Under the pieces are notes generated by a model. That model saw only the letters and a list, made by a program, of their open reading frames with translations, was not told the origin of the DNA and made no database searches. The position numbers were made by a program, and so were the translations under genes. A stretch of DNA of 64,000 nt from Polyangiaceae bacterium. GTDB lineage: Bacteria; Myxococcota_A; Polyangia; Polyangiales; Polyangiaceae. The stretch spans positions 2,144,001 to 2,208,000 of the forward strand of contig CBDCTZ010000016.1 in NCBI GenBank assembly GCA_965222375.1, written 5' to 3'. This document shows positions 27,612 through 36,943 of the stretch, piece by piece. Every line of letters begins with the position of its first letter. The stretch's first letter is position 1.

Positions 27612-28500
27612 CTACTGCACCTCCTTGTAGAAGGAATGCAGCCACTCTTCGAGGTTGGTGTAGCCGTCCTTGTCGGTGTCACCGCCCGGGTCCGCGGGGG
27701 GCGTCAGCTTGCGGGTGTTTTCGGCGAGCTTCGGATGCCCACCGACATCCGCTGGGTCGGAAATCAGCTTGCCCGTCTTGGCTTTGAGATCGGCGACCAG
27801 GCGCACGTCCACGGCGTCGCGGTCCTTGGGTCGCGCGCCGGCGTTTGAAGTGACTGTGTCAAGAACGCTTTCGACCGAGAGTATGTTGTAGGGCTTGAGG
27901 TCAACTGGAGATTGGGCCGCAAGAGGGAGCGGGGTCTTGCCGAAGTTGTTCACCACATTGGATTGGTCGGCCATGAACTTGTCGTCGACCTTGTTGCCCG
28001 ACACGAATAGCTCAGCAGGTTTTAAGGTGGCTTGCCATTCTACAGGTGGCCTGCTGAGGTTGACCTTGCTGGGCCCGTTGAACCAATGGTTGTTGACGAG
28101 GCTAACATGCGTGCCCGGGTGTCCCGACTTGCCGTCGTCGAACTGCGACGCAGAGTAAGCGTAGTTGTACATCAGGTTGTTGAAGACAACGAACTTGCCT
28201 GCGCCTGCAAGCCGAGGATTGCGCCCTCCGTTGTGCGCGTAGTAGTTCCGCGCGATGACGACTCCATCGTAGGATGACGGAGCCGCACTTGGACCTTCAC
28301 CAAAGAGGTTGCTGAGGGAATGAGGGATCAGTGTTTCTGAAATAATCGTGTTGCTGATCGTGACGTCGTGGATCTTGCCGGCGTTGCGCCAGGCATCCCA
28401 AGATCCATCCCTGCCCCAGCTCATGCTGCAGTGATCTGTTGTGATGTTGTAGACGTCCGTGCTTCCGGCTCGTAGCGCGAAGGCGTCGGAATTACTGCCC
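27612..28500 (-). pseudogene. 5'-truncated pectate-lyase-like gene (C-terminal half)
   Basis: DHCSMSWGRDG, GRNPRL, AGARPKDRDAVDVRLV, DTDKDGYTNLEEWL; signal peptide and AFPGA region are missing. Confidence 0.8.
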
Positions 28501-28502
28501 GC

Positions 28503-30266
28503 AGCGAGGGCCACGGTCGCTTCACGCAAGGCGCGTATGCACGCACTGACAGTCCAGAGATCTACCTCGTCACCAACACCAAGACGAGCGGGTCAGGCAG
28601 TATCTTTGACGCTGTCTCGAAACCCGACCGTGTGATCATGGTCGTGACGTCCGGTTGGGTCTGCCTCAACGGAGGTAGCTTGGTCGACGCTCAGGGCTAC
28701 CACACGTTTTCTTTCCTCAGCAGTCCTGGTGGATTTGGCTTTGCAGGCGGTGATGTCCTGTTTCGCGGTTCCGAAACCGTGGTCTACGGCGGGTTCTATC
28801 GCTATGGCGGTGCCAAGTTTCGGGATTCGGTTGGGGCTCGGCCCTACCAGAGCGACATGAACAACCTCTACTTCGAGTGCATGACCATCGCCGATGGCGT
28901 TGACGAGAATTTCTCTGTCACGGGCACGGGGGACACGGATGTGTCTCTACCCAACGATCCGAAGCTATTGAGCATCAACAACGTCACCCTCAAGAACATC
29001 CTCATCGGCCCCGGCAACGACTCGAAGTCCCACGCCTTCGGAGGGCTGCTTGGCACGTACAAAGCATCTGGCATCAGCTTGAGCAAGAGTCTGTACATGG
29101 GCAATCGGCAGCGATACCCGGAGGCGCGAAACGCCGACCGGTACGAGCAGGTCAACTTCTTGGGATATCGCGCGACGGGCAGAGGCATCACGTTGTCTGC
29201 AACGCTGGACGCATTGCTACAGAACGGCCACATGAAGGTGGGTAGCGGGCAGGGCGGCAGCGCAAGGCAATACATGATCACAGGCGGGGCCGGTGGCAAC
29301 AACATCTGGTCCAGAACGGAGACCAAGGCAATTCAAGGCAGCGGAACCGTCAAGTTTGGTGCGCCAGCTGGCTTGCAGCTACCGATTGGCGTCAACTACC
29401 TGATGACCAAGATAGTTGGGGACAAAGACAACTACATGGTTGGCCATCCGGTGGCCTATTCTGGCAGTTCGGTGACCTTCGAGATCCACTTTCAAGTCGG
29501 CGCTGGCACCTTCAACAAGTGGGACTTCGTTCCCTGGCGCAGGTACGAGTCCTCGAGTTCCGACTCGCTCACGATCAAGGGCACCGGCACGCTGGGTCTG
29601 ACCATCGACAAGTCGTTGCGCTGGAAGCCCGGTCGCTATGCGAAGGTGTACACCTCGGAAAAGAACTGGATGGCCGGGGCGGTCATCTCCTACGACGAGT
29701 CTACGGGTGCCCTGAGCATCGAATTGAAGGAATCCGGTGGCTCCGGCACGTTTGCGAACTGGACGGTCACGCACAATCATTTGTGGCTATCCGGGAATTT
29801 GCACAGCGACGGCCGGCCGACCCTCGGGGCTGCGGGTGAATACGTGGTGTTCGAGAAGAACACGGCAACGGACGAGTTCCGCCATCGCCGCATGGTCAAA
29901 CCCTCGTGGGCCAGCCCGGTCAAGTTGATCGACGCAGCGGACTTGGAAACGGAGCTACCCAAAACGGTCGGCGACTACTTGCACCGACAGTCGGAACCCG
30001 TGCGTGGCGCCGAAGTGCAATGGTTCGATGCACTGGCGAAGGGGACTGCCATATCGCGACCGTCTGACCTGCTTACCCCCGCTAAGCTCCCGCCCATCAC
30101 CGACAAGGCTTACGGCGGACACGACTTCGGCGTGCCGCATAGCTTTTCCAAGGGGCGCGGCTGGAAGACCGGACAGGCCGAGGGCTACTACGCGGATCGA
30201 GCGCAAGGCGAGGGCGGCTACTCGAAGGTAGAACTGTACCAGCACAGCCTATTGCCAAAGAACTGA
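28503..30266 (+). pseudogene. 5'-truncated pectate-lyase-like gene with internal duplicated beta module
   Basis: Frame extends upstream of the 28632 start as SEGHGRFTQGAY...EIYLVTNTKTSGSGSIFDAVSKPDR (family N-terminal motifs) with no start codon or signal peptide; QRYP; GYSKVELYQHSL end. Confidence 0.7.
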
Positions 30267-30350
30267 TGCCCGAGCCTGCCGAGAAAACCTCGAGTCGTTG
30301 CCCGTGGAACAAGAGCGGCCAGCCCGACGCTGCGCCCCCGGTGAGTGTGG

Positions 30351-31313
30351 CTATTGTCCCGACTCGAGACAAGAGAAGTAGCAGCTGCCCCAGTTGGCCG
30401 TGTTGTTGGTGCCGTTGTCGAGTGTTCCCGGGAACGACAAGAGGGTTGCGCGCGTCCCGCCAGCATCCGGATCGCCGTCCGTGTCGTTGATGCCGAACAC
30501 GCAGCGAAACTGCGGAGTCGTAAGTGCTTGGGCAGATAGAGTGCTGCTCCACTCCAAGTTGTAAGAGTCGTCCGGGGAGCTGTCGTTTAGGGTCCCTGTC
30601 GTTTTTGTCTTTGCCACGACGTTCGCGTCGTAGGCCACGTTCGAGCTGGGATAGTTCACGTCCCGGACGGTGCCCAGGAGACTGATGAAGATCTTCACCG
30701 CCCCAGCTTTCAGTGCCGCTTCCGTGCCGGGCTTCAGGAAGTACTCGATGGAGTCCTCGGTAAAAACCTTGCTGTCGTGGGCCGTCAGCGTGCCCTGCAG
30801 GTCCTTGTCCTTGACCGGACAACAACCGAAGAACCGAGGAGAGCCACTCGGGTCCCACAAGAACTTGCAGTTCGCGCTGTTGTCCGAGTCCGAAGGCCCG
30901 TCGAACTTCATCACTGGTGCGCTCTGCCAGGCACTCTCATTGCAGACTCCGTCGATTGTTAGGGTAGCGCCGCCGGGCATGCGCCGGATTTCGTAGTCCA
31001 CCGTCACCGGAGCGCCGCAGTCCGGCGGCGCTCCGCCCGAGCCTTGCCCACCGCCTCCGCCCGCTCCGCTCGATCCGCCCGAGCCGCTAGCTCCGCCGGA
31101 TCCACTCGCCGCACCCGCTCCGCCGCTGCCCGCGGCGCCTGCTCCGCCACTGCTGCTAGAGGCGTCGCGCTCGCCCACGATGCCCTCTGGATCCGGCGCC
31201 AACAGGCTGCACGCTTGGGCGCCCGCGGCGACGCCCGCCGTGAGCGCTCCGGACAGAATCGCGACCCTGGTTGCGTTTCTCCAGCGGGAGTTCGGCAGAG
31301 TGGTTCTCGACAC
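30351..31313 (-). CDS. Lipoprotein (CSLLAPD N-terminus) with CBM9-like sugar-binding domain
   Basis: AQAC lipobox, Gly linker, IDGVCNESAWQSAP, EDSIEYFL, YNLEW; GTG start at 31313 inferred. Confidence 0.7.
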   Translation of the reverse strand: MSRTTLPNSRWRNATRVAILSGALTAGVAAGAQACSLLAPDPEGIVGERDASSSSGGAGAAGSGGAGAASGSGGASGSGGSSGAGGGGGQGSGGAPPDCGAPVTVDYEIRRMPGGATLTIDGVCNESAWQSAPVMKFDGPSDSDNSANCKFLWDPSGSPRFFGCCPVKDKDLQGTLTAHDSKVFTEDSIEYFLKPGTEAALKAGAVKIFISLLGTVRDVNYPSSNVAYDANVVAKTKTTGTLNDSSPDDSYNLEWSSTLSAQALTTPQFRCVFGINDTDGDPDAGGTRATLLSFPGTLDNGTNNTANWGSCYFSCLESGQ

Positions 31314-31548
31314 TAGAGTGCACCGCCTGGCTGAGCCTGCGAACCGTCGCGTTCGACTATGACAGTATGGAGTTTCATGGCAAGTCGGGACACTCCGGTC
31401 AGGAAGTATGGTGGATTCGAGCGCGCCGACACGTGTTTCGGTCCGCCCACGGCAACTATTCGCGACCGCGCCGGGCAGCCGCCTGGCACGGCCCCGAGCG
31501 GGAGTAGTGGCCCTGCGCGAGCTAGGGATGCGACCCCAAAACCAAAGG

Positions 31549-31643
31549 CTAGTAGCGCAGGCCGACACTTTGGGGACCTTGTTCTCGTAGACGAGGTGCA
31601 ACTCCATCGCTTGCGGAAGTAGTTTGCCGCGGCGTTCAGCCTG
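31549..31643 (-). repeat. Degenerate direct-repeat copy of the last ~31 codons of gene 33332-34843 (partner 33332-33427)
   Basis: About 13 differences in 96 aligned positions by manual count; exact 27-bp core CTCCATCGCTTGCGGAAGTAGTTTGCC at 31602-31628 and 33386-33412. Confidence 0.9.
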
Positions 31644-31755
31644 AGGCCGCTCGGCCCGACGCTTGCCGGCCCTAGAAGTAATCGGATGTAAGGGGCCCTA
31701 GGTCAGGGAAGCGCTACGTTGTTCGAAGCAAACACGGCGCATCGACCCCCACCCA

Positions 31756-32388
31756 GTGAGTTCCTTGAGCCATCACCGATTCGTTCTTTGGCGATGCGCC
31801 GTCTCGGTGGCGCTAACGTTTGGTGGCGGTCATGGCACTTGGCTGCAGCTATATCTCACCAACTTGCCGTGGGGTGCCTGGCTAGGGGTTGCTACGACGA
31901 CAGGCGCGTTGCTCCTCGCGCTGCGGGAACGCTCGCCCGCTCGAGGAGCCTTGCTCGCGGCAGTCGGAGGCCCGGTCACGGCGTTCGCGCTGACCACGGG
32001 TCTGTCACTGCTCAGGACCGAAGACCCCGGTTGGCTTATCGATGTGTGGTTGTGGCAGTGGCAACTGCCCGGTGTTGTCCCGTTTCTCGGGGTCGGTGTG
32101 TTGGACGGGCTGTACGCCTACGGCGCTCGCGTTGCGATCCGGCGGCGACACGGCCTGGGTCTTCAATCGTCCGTGACCGCTGCGAGCCTACTACTCCTTG
32201 CCGCGCTAGCCGCTCTGTTCATTGGCCTAACGGAGAAGTGGTTGAGCCCATACGAGCTGCTGCGAACCGGCGCTGTGATGTGGAATAAGGGTTGGAGAGG
32301 CATGCGCATCACCGCGGGTCTGGTGGCGTTGCTTTCCGGAGGGAGCGGAGCGCTCATCACGGCCTCGGTCCGACGGGCTCAGCGTTGA
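31756..32388 (+). CDS. Hypothetical membrane protein
   Basis: 210 aa, about 6 hydrophobic segments. Confidence 0.55.
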   Translation: MSSLSHHRFVLWRCAVSVALTFGGGHGTWLQLYLTNLPWGAWLGVATTTGALLLALRERSPARGALLAAVGGPVTAFALTTGLSLLRTEDPGWLIDVWLWQWQLPGVVPFLGVGVLDGLYAYGARVAIRRRHGLGLQSSVTAASLLLLAALAALFIGLTEKWLSPYELLRTGAVMWNKGWRGMRITAGLVALLSGGSGALITASVRRAQR

Positions 32389-32403
32389 GAAAAAGTACTG
32401 CCA

Positions 32404-33168
32404 TCAGTCGACGATGCGACAACGCTGCTTGCCGCGGGCCACCACGCAGTGCCAGCGACCGCGCGGCGCGCGTGTTTTCGAACAGTAGCCCACTCCAGGT
32501 CTCGTTTTTCGGTCGGCGTCGCAGTCGAGGGCCCCAGGACCTTTGCAGCGGCAGCTATAGCAGCGCTCCTTGGTGCAACAGTCGTTCATGTCACGGCAGA
32601 CTCGCCTTTCCAATGGAACCCAGCGCAGCGGCGTTGCCCACTGGGTGCAGTCGTTTGCGTTCGCCGCTGGATTCGGTATGTGTCTTTTTAGCTGCTTTGC
32701 GGAAATCGCCCCGCGGGTCTGCAGCCGGCCTTGGCTGACGGTGCAGACAGCTACGTCGACGTTGCCGGGCGGCGCACAGCGGCCCTCACCCAGTTGACCA
32801 TCATGCACGGGTTGATTGCTGGGCAGGGGCTGGCCTTCAGCGGACAGCCCATTCGTGCACAAGCACCGCATACCCGGCGCGCACTCGCTCACATCCTGGC
32901 AAGCGCATCCTGCGGAGTTGGCTCTCGACGTTGGTGCCGCTGATTGTGCCGCTTTCCTCGGGGCACGGGCTTCGCGTGGAGGGCGCGAACTTGCTGGCGC
33001 GGCCGGGACGTTCGGTTGTGCGGCGGAGGCTGGGGGCGGCCGGTGCACTACATCGCGTTCCGCACAGGCCGCGAGCAAGGCCCCAGCGCATAGGGGCCAA
33101 CACTTGTGTCGCTTGGGTCTGACGCCCCGTCCGCTACCGTCGGGCTCACGCTGCCGGCGCTGCTCCAT
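32404..33168 (-). CDS. Cys-rich hypothetical lipoprotein
   Basis: LLAAC lipobox, Pro/Ala linker, two Cys-rich modules (CQDVSECAPGMRCLC; CRDMNDCCTKERC). Confidence 0.55.
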   Translation of the reverse strand: MEQRRQREPDGSGRGVRPKRHKCWPLCAGALLAACAERDVVHRPPPASAAQPNVPAAPASSRPPREARAPRKAAQSAAPTSRANSAGCACQDVSECAPGMRCLCTNGLSAEGQPLPSNQPVHDGQLGEGRCAPPGNVDVAVCTVSQGRLQTRGAISAKQLKRHIPNPAANANDCTQWATPLRWVPLERRVCRDMNDCCTKERCYSCRCKGPGALDCDADRKTRPGVGYCSKTRAPRGRWHCVVARGKQRCRIVD

Positions 33169-33331
33169 GGAGCCTATCTACGTGGCATCCAGGACGGCCG
33201 CCATGGTCGCTCGTGCGAAGTAATTGGTCGTAATTCGTCCGGCAGCCGACCCACCAATCTCGAGCAGTGCCAGAAGGGCCCATAGTCGATAGAAGTGGCG
33301 CTACACGAGCTGAGAGGCGCGCCCCCAAACG

Positions 33332-34843
33332 TCAGTAGCGCATGCCGACGACACGGGGGACCTTGTTTTCGGATACGAGGTGCAGCTCCATCGCTTGCGG
33401 AAGTAGTTTGCCACGGCGTTCACCCTGCACGCGGACGATGGTGTAGTCGCGGTGGCGAATGGCCTCGGGCATCGCGATGTCGATGTCCCCGAGGGTGTCC
33501 GAGAGGCGGATGGTGTCCATCAGGGGCGTGCCCTCGTCGTCCAGGAACGTGATGCGATAGGCAGAGCCGACGCGACTGGCCATGCCGGCGCTGACCGCGG
33601 TGTCCGAGAGGGAAAGCAGCTCCGGGGTCAGGCTGGTGACTTTGACGGGTGTGACTCGTTTCATCCAGCGGGCGACGAGTTGGTCGCGGCGGGCGGCAAT
33701 GGCGCCCTTCAGGTGGCGAGCGAGGGCTTCGTTCGGTAGCCGAGCTTCGACGATGGCGCGGGCAATGAACGCGTTGCTGACTCTCAGTAGACGCTTTGCG
33801 AGCCAATAGCCATCGCCCGGCAGCAGGTAGTCGATCGGATCGAAGGGCATGCCTAGCTGGTGATCGTGCTCGGCGGTTGGGCGGAACACCGTCAGCGAAG
33901 TCTGCTTGGAGTGCTCGTCCGGTCGATACAGCCCAAGGGTGATCAAGCTCCAGCTGGTGCTGCCGCGCACGGTCCCGGCAGCGCTGACGACCGGGTCGTA
34001 CTCAGCAAGTGCGGAGGCTCCAAGAGAGGCGCTCAGCCCAACAAGGAAGTGTTGGACGTGCCCGCGGCCGGGGGGGCCAACGTAGATGTCCCGCAAGCGA
34101 TGAGGCCCGAAGTCCGGGATCTCGAGCCAGCTGGCCAAGATCCCCAACACGCGCAAGGTGCGGCGCGCGGTTGGAGCGACTCGATCATTCGGGTCGTCGG
34201 ATCGCGACTTGGACGGCGCAGTGGGGCCGAGATCGATCCCGACAGGCCAACGCACGATGCGCCACACGGGGCTCTTGGATAGCCTCGCCGGCACCATGCC
34301 GGAGATGAGACTCGGATCTGCGCGCACGACCCAGGTCGCCGGTGTCCGATAGCCGAGGGCGCGCACGAGCCTCGATCCAACGGCTGCAGCGGCGCTGGCC
34401 GTATTGGGTCGGCCATGCGGATCCGGAGCGATCCGATAGCTGATGCCGCGGGCGTCCAACGCTTCAAGCGGGCCGCGCTTCGGTATGCGGACAACGCTCA
34501 GGGGCGGGCGGGGCGGTCCATCCGGTGCGTAGGCTCTTGGGAACTTTGCGGCGTCCAGGGGGACGGGAGCAAACCAGGAGGAGAGAGGGACTTCGTCCAA
34601 GGCATTGATGTCTTGCGCATGGCCAATGCGCCGGGCGTCCAGGGCTTGAACCACGGGGCGCCGCACGTACACCTCAGCTCGGTAGATTGGGTCGATACTC
34701 GAAGTGCGTTGCGGCAGCGGGATCGGCGCGTCGTCGAGCACTCGGGTGACCGGTGGGGCATCCGCGAAGCGTGCTGGATGTGCTGCGCAGCCGACACAGG
34801 CGGCGAGCAGCGCTAGGGCCAAGGCCCGAGTGAGGTGTGACAT
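33332..34843 (-). CDS. Hypothetical lipoprotein coupled to the Omp85-like gene
   Basis: CVGC lipobox; INALDEVPLSSWF, RSDDPND, RRTLRVL...ASWL, DGYWLAK; TGATG overlap with the upstream gene. Confidence 0.75.
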   Translation of the reverse strand: MSHLTRALALALLAACVGCAAHPARFADAPPVTRVLDDAPIPLPQRTSSIDPIYRAEVYVRRPVVQALDARRIGHAQDINALDEVPLSSWFAPVPLDAAKFPRAYAPDGPPRPPLSVVRIPKRGPLEALDARGISYRIAPDPHGRPNTASAAAAVGSRLVRALGYRTPATWVVRADPSLISGMVPARLSKSPVWRIVRWPVGIDLGPTAPSKSRSDDPNDRVAPTARRTLRVLGILASWLEIPDFGPHRLRDIYVGPPGRGHVQHFLVGLSASLGASALAEYDPVVSAAGTVRGSTSWSLITLGLYRPDEHSKQTSLTVFRPTAEHDHQLGMPFDPIDYLLPGDGYWLAKRLLRVSNAFIARAIVEARLPNEALARHLKGAIAARRDQLVARWMKRVTPVKVTSLTPELLSLSDTAVSAGMASRVGSAYRITFLDDEGTPLMDTIRLSDTLGDIDIAMPEAIRHRDYTIVRVQGERRGKLLPQAMELHLVSENKVPRVVGMRY

Positions 34844-36174
34844 CAGTTGCGGTGCTGCCTATCTCCGAAACCCGAGGATACGCCAAAGCCGAAGGAAAAC
34901 AGAAAGCCCTCCGGGCTAAAGGCCGCGCGCACGGAGCCCAATTGCGACGAGCGGCTGAAGACATCGAAGCCAAAGCCGCCAACCAGTCGGGCATTCGTGA
35001 GTTCGAGATCGGAGACCTTCGGAGCGACGGTTGCGGCATCTGTAAATAGTCTCGCTGCCAGGTAGCGCGCGATGGCCCAACGGTAGTCCAGGGTCATCAC
35101 GAGCGAAACGCGGTCGCGGCGATTGTTGAAGCCACGGAAATCAGGTTGATTCACGAACTCGTTGAAGGGAACCGCGCCATCCAAGTCGTCCAGACCGTCC
35201 AAAGCGATCTTCGGCGATAGAATATTCGACGCCTCGAGCACAGGCATGAAAACAGCCGCGCGGCCACCAACCCGCATGAAACGGGTGTCCGTGTCGAGCA
35301 CGCCATTGGCTTGTCCCAAATAGCCTTCGACGAGCACACCTGAGGAGGGGCGACTGCGGGACGCTCGCGTGTCGCCGCGCAGCGCAACCTCGCTGTAGAC
35401 GATGTGGCTTACGGCGTCGGCGCCAGGCACCGTGTTCGGCTGGAAAACCTCGCTGAGCGTGTCCGCTTCATCGGGTGGTTTCAGCACGCTTCGACGCGCG
35501 ATGCTCGTGGAGGCGAGCAATTCCACATCCGAAAAGACACGCGTGCCACCGGATGCGATGAAGCGCCCGCGGCGTTCCCGGTAGGTCGCCGAGCGGGACG
35601 GGGCGGTGGCGCTGAATTGGTTGCGCGGATCTGATTCCGGGTCTTGGCCTAGGCCAAGGAAGCCGACGGACGAGCGAACATCATGAAAGGCTTCCAGAGA
35701 TAGTGAGAAGGGTAGGGGTCGTCGAAAGCTCAGGCGCAACTTGGACTCCGCCACCATGTCGTTGGTGCCGCCAAAGCCGGCGCGCACGGTGGCTCCGAGG
35801 TTCTTTGCGCGGGCAATGGCGCGGGCACCCACATTGAAGCCGCTGCCGGTCTCTGCGAACAGGGTCGGAAAGGCGTGGATTTCGCCTTCCCCGGGATGCA
35901 GCAGATCGTGCACCCGGGGCACCACCTGCTCTTCTTCGATCAAGCCAGCGGCGGCGCCGGTGGCCAGGAACAAGACCTCAACGGCAGTCTTCGGGATGAA
36001 GAGCACGCCCGTTGCTACTTCACGCGCGGTGTCCTCGGACTCTCGCGCCGGCCGCTCCACACCTGTGACTTTTTTCGGATCGCGCTCGGTACGCTCGGCC
36101 ATCGCCGCCGACGCCGAGCTCAGGGCGAGGCAAAGGACGGTAAAGGCTGCGTGCCGTTTCGGTAGCGTCAGCAC
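34843..36174 (-). CDS. BamA/TamA (Omp85-like) outer-membrane beta-barrel protein lacking obvious POTRA domains
   Basis: Signal peptide, amphipathic strands, FRGFNNRRDR (cf. Omp85 loop-6 RG[FY]), LDYRW, FTDA. Confidence 0.7.
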   Translation of the reverse strand: MLTLPKRHAAFTVLCLALSSASAAMAERTERDPKKVTGVERPARESEDTAREVATGVLFIPKTAVEVLFLATGAAAGLIEEEQVVPRVHDLLHPGEGEIHAFPTLFAETGSGFNVGARAIARAKNLGATVRAGFGGTNDMVAESKLRLSFRRPLPFSLSLEAFHDVRSSVGFLGLGQDPESDPRNQFSATAPSRSATYRERRGRFIASGGTRVFSDVELLASTSIARRSVLKPPDEADTLSEVFQPNTVPGADAVSHIVYSEVALRGDTRASRSRPSSGVLVEGYLGQANGVLDTDTRFMRVGGRAAVFMPVLEASNILSPKIALDGLDDLDGAVPFNEFVNQPDFRGFNNRRDRVSLVMTLDYRWAIARYLAARLFTDAATVAPKVSDLELTNARLVGGFGFDVFSRSSQLGSVRAAFSPEGFLFSFGFGVSSGFGDRQHRN

Positions 36175-36207
36175 GAGCGACGGTGAGTGTTGAGGATCAG
36201 CGTTGAC

Positions 36208-36660
36208 TCACGGAGCGCACTGGAAAAGCGTCTTGTTCGGCTCGCTATTCAGAGCGGCACATGCGGGAGGGTCGGGCGCGACCTTCCCGCAGAGCTCGGT
36301 GCAGGCGTACTGGTTGAAGCCTTGGATGCAGGACTGCACTTGGGCATCGCTGGCGGATTCGGTGCCTTGGTACGCGGCATCTGTGGTGCAGTTCGAGAGG
36401 AAACCGGCCTCAGTGGTGGCACAAAAGTTCGAGTCCACGACGCCGGCCCCAGGGTTGGAGGCATTCTTGTAAACCTTGCAGCGAAGCAACGTACCGCACA
36501 CCGCGGCGTAGAGCTGTTTGCAGCGTTCGAAGCGACTGCTCCCCGTCGCGCCACCAGTGCCGGTGGTCCCGCCAGCACCCGGGCCGGAGGCCGTGCTTTT
36601 GCTGCTGCAGCCGAGTGCAGCGAGAGCAACTACCAACAACAGGCTTCTCGCGAAGTGCAT
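36208..36660 (-). CDS. Small Cys-rich lipoprotein
   Basis: ALGC lipobox, Gly/Thr linker, about 10 Cys. Confidence 0.7.
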   Translation of the reverse strand: MHFARSLLLVVALAALGCSSKSTASGPGAGGTTGTGGATGSSRFERCKQLYAAVCGTLLRCKVYKNASNPGAGVVDSNFCATTEAGFLSNCTTDAAYQGTESASDAQVQSCIQGFNQYACTELCGKVAPDPPACAALNSEPNKTLFQCAP

Positions 36661-36830
36661 GGTGAGAAGAGTATCTTTGGAGCCCAACGGTGACTAGTGT
36701 GGCTCTCGTTGGGCGCGCTGCACTGCGCCCCGTCGATCTCGCTCTTGTCCGGAGCGAGCAGGGAGCATCCCAGCGCCATGCAACTCAAAGCGAGGCAGGA
36801 CCAGGACCGGGACGCGCACATGCTCGACAT
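36630..36830 (-). pseudogene. Truncated CSLLAPD-type lipoprotein (signal peptide and N-terminal motif only)
   Basis: MALGCSLLAPDKSEIDG matches the N-termini at ~31200 and ~47700, then degenerates. Confidence 0.55.
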
Positions 36831-36943
36831 CGGTCAAGAGTCTACCGTGCTACATCCCGAAGTGTGGCGACGGATTTCGCGCCCTGCGCCGGGAATGCTC
36901 TCGCAGCCGCGCCCGTACCACATCCGCCTGGAGTGAAACGCCC

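Noticed and set aside
31314..31607. N-terminal extension of the 418-aa ORF (MELHLVYENK...)
   Set aside because: Comes from the duplicated 3' end of another gene; the real lipoprotein signal begins near 31313
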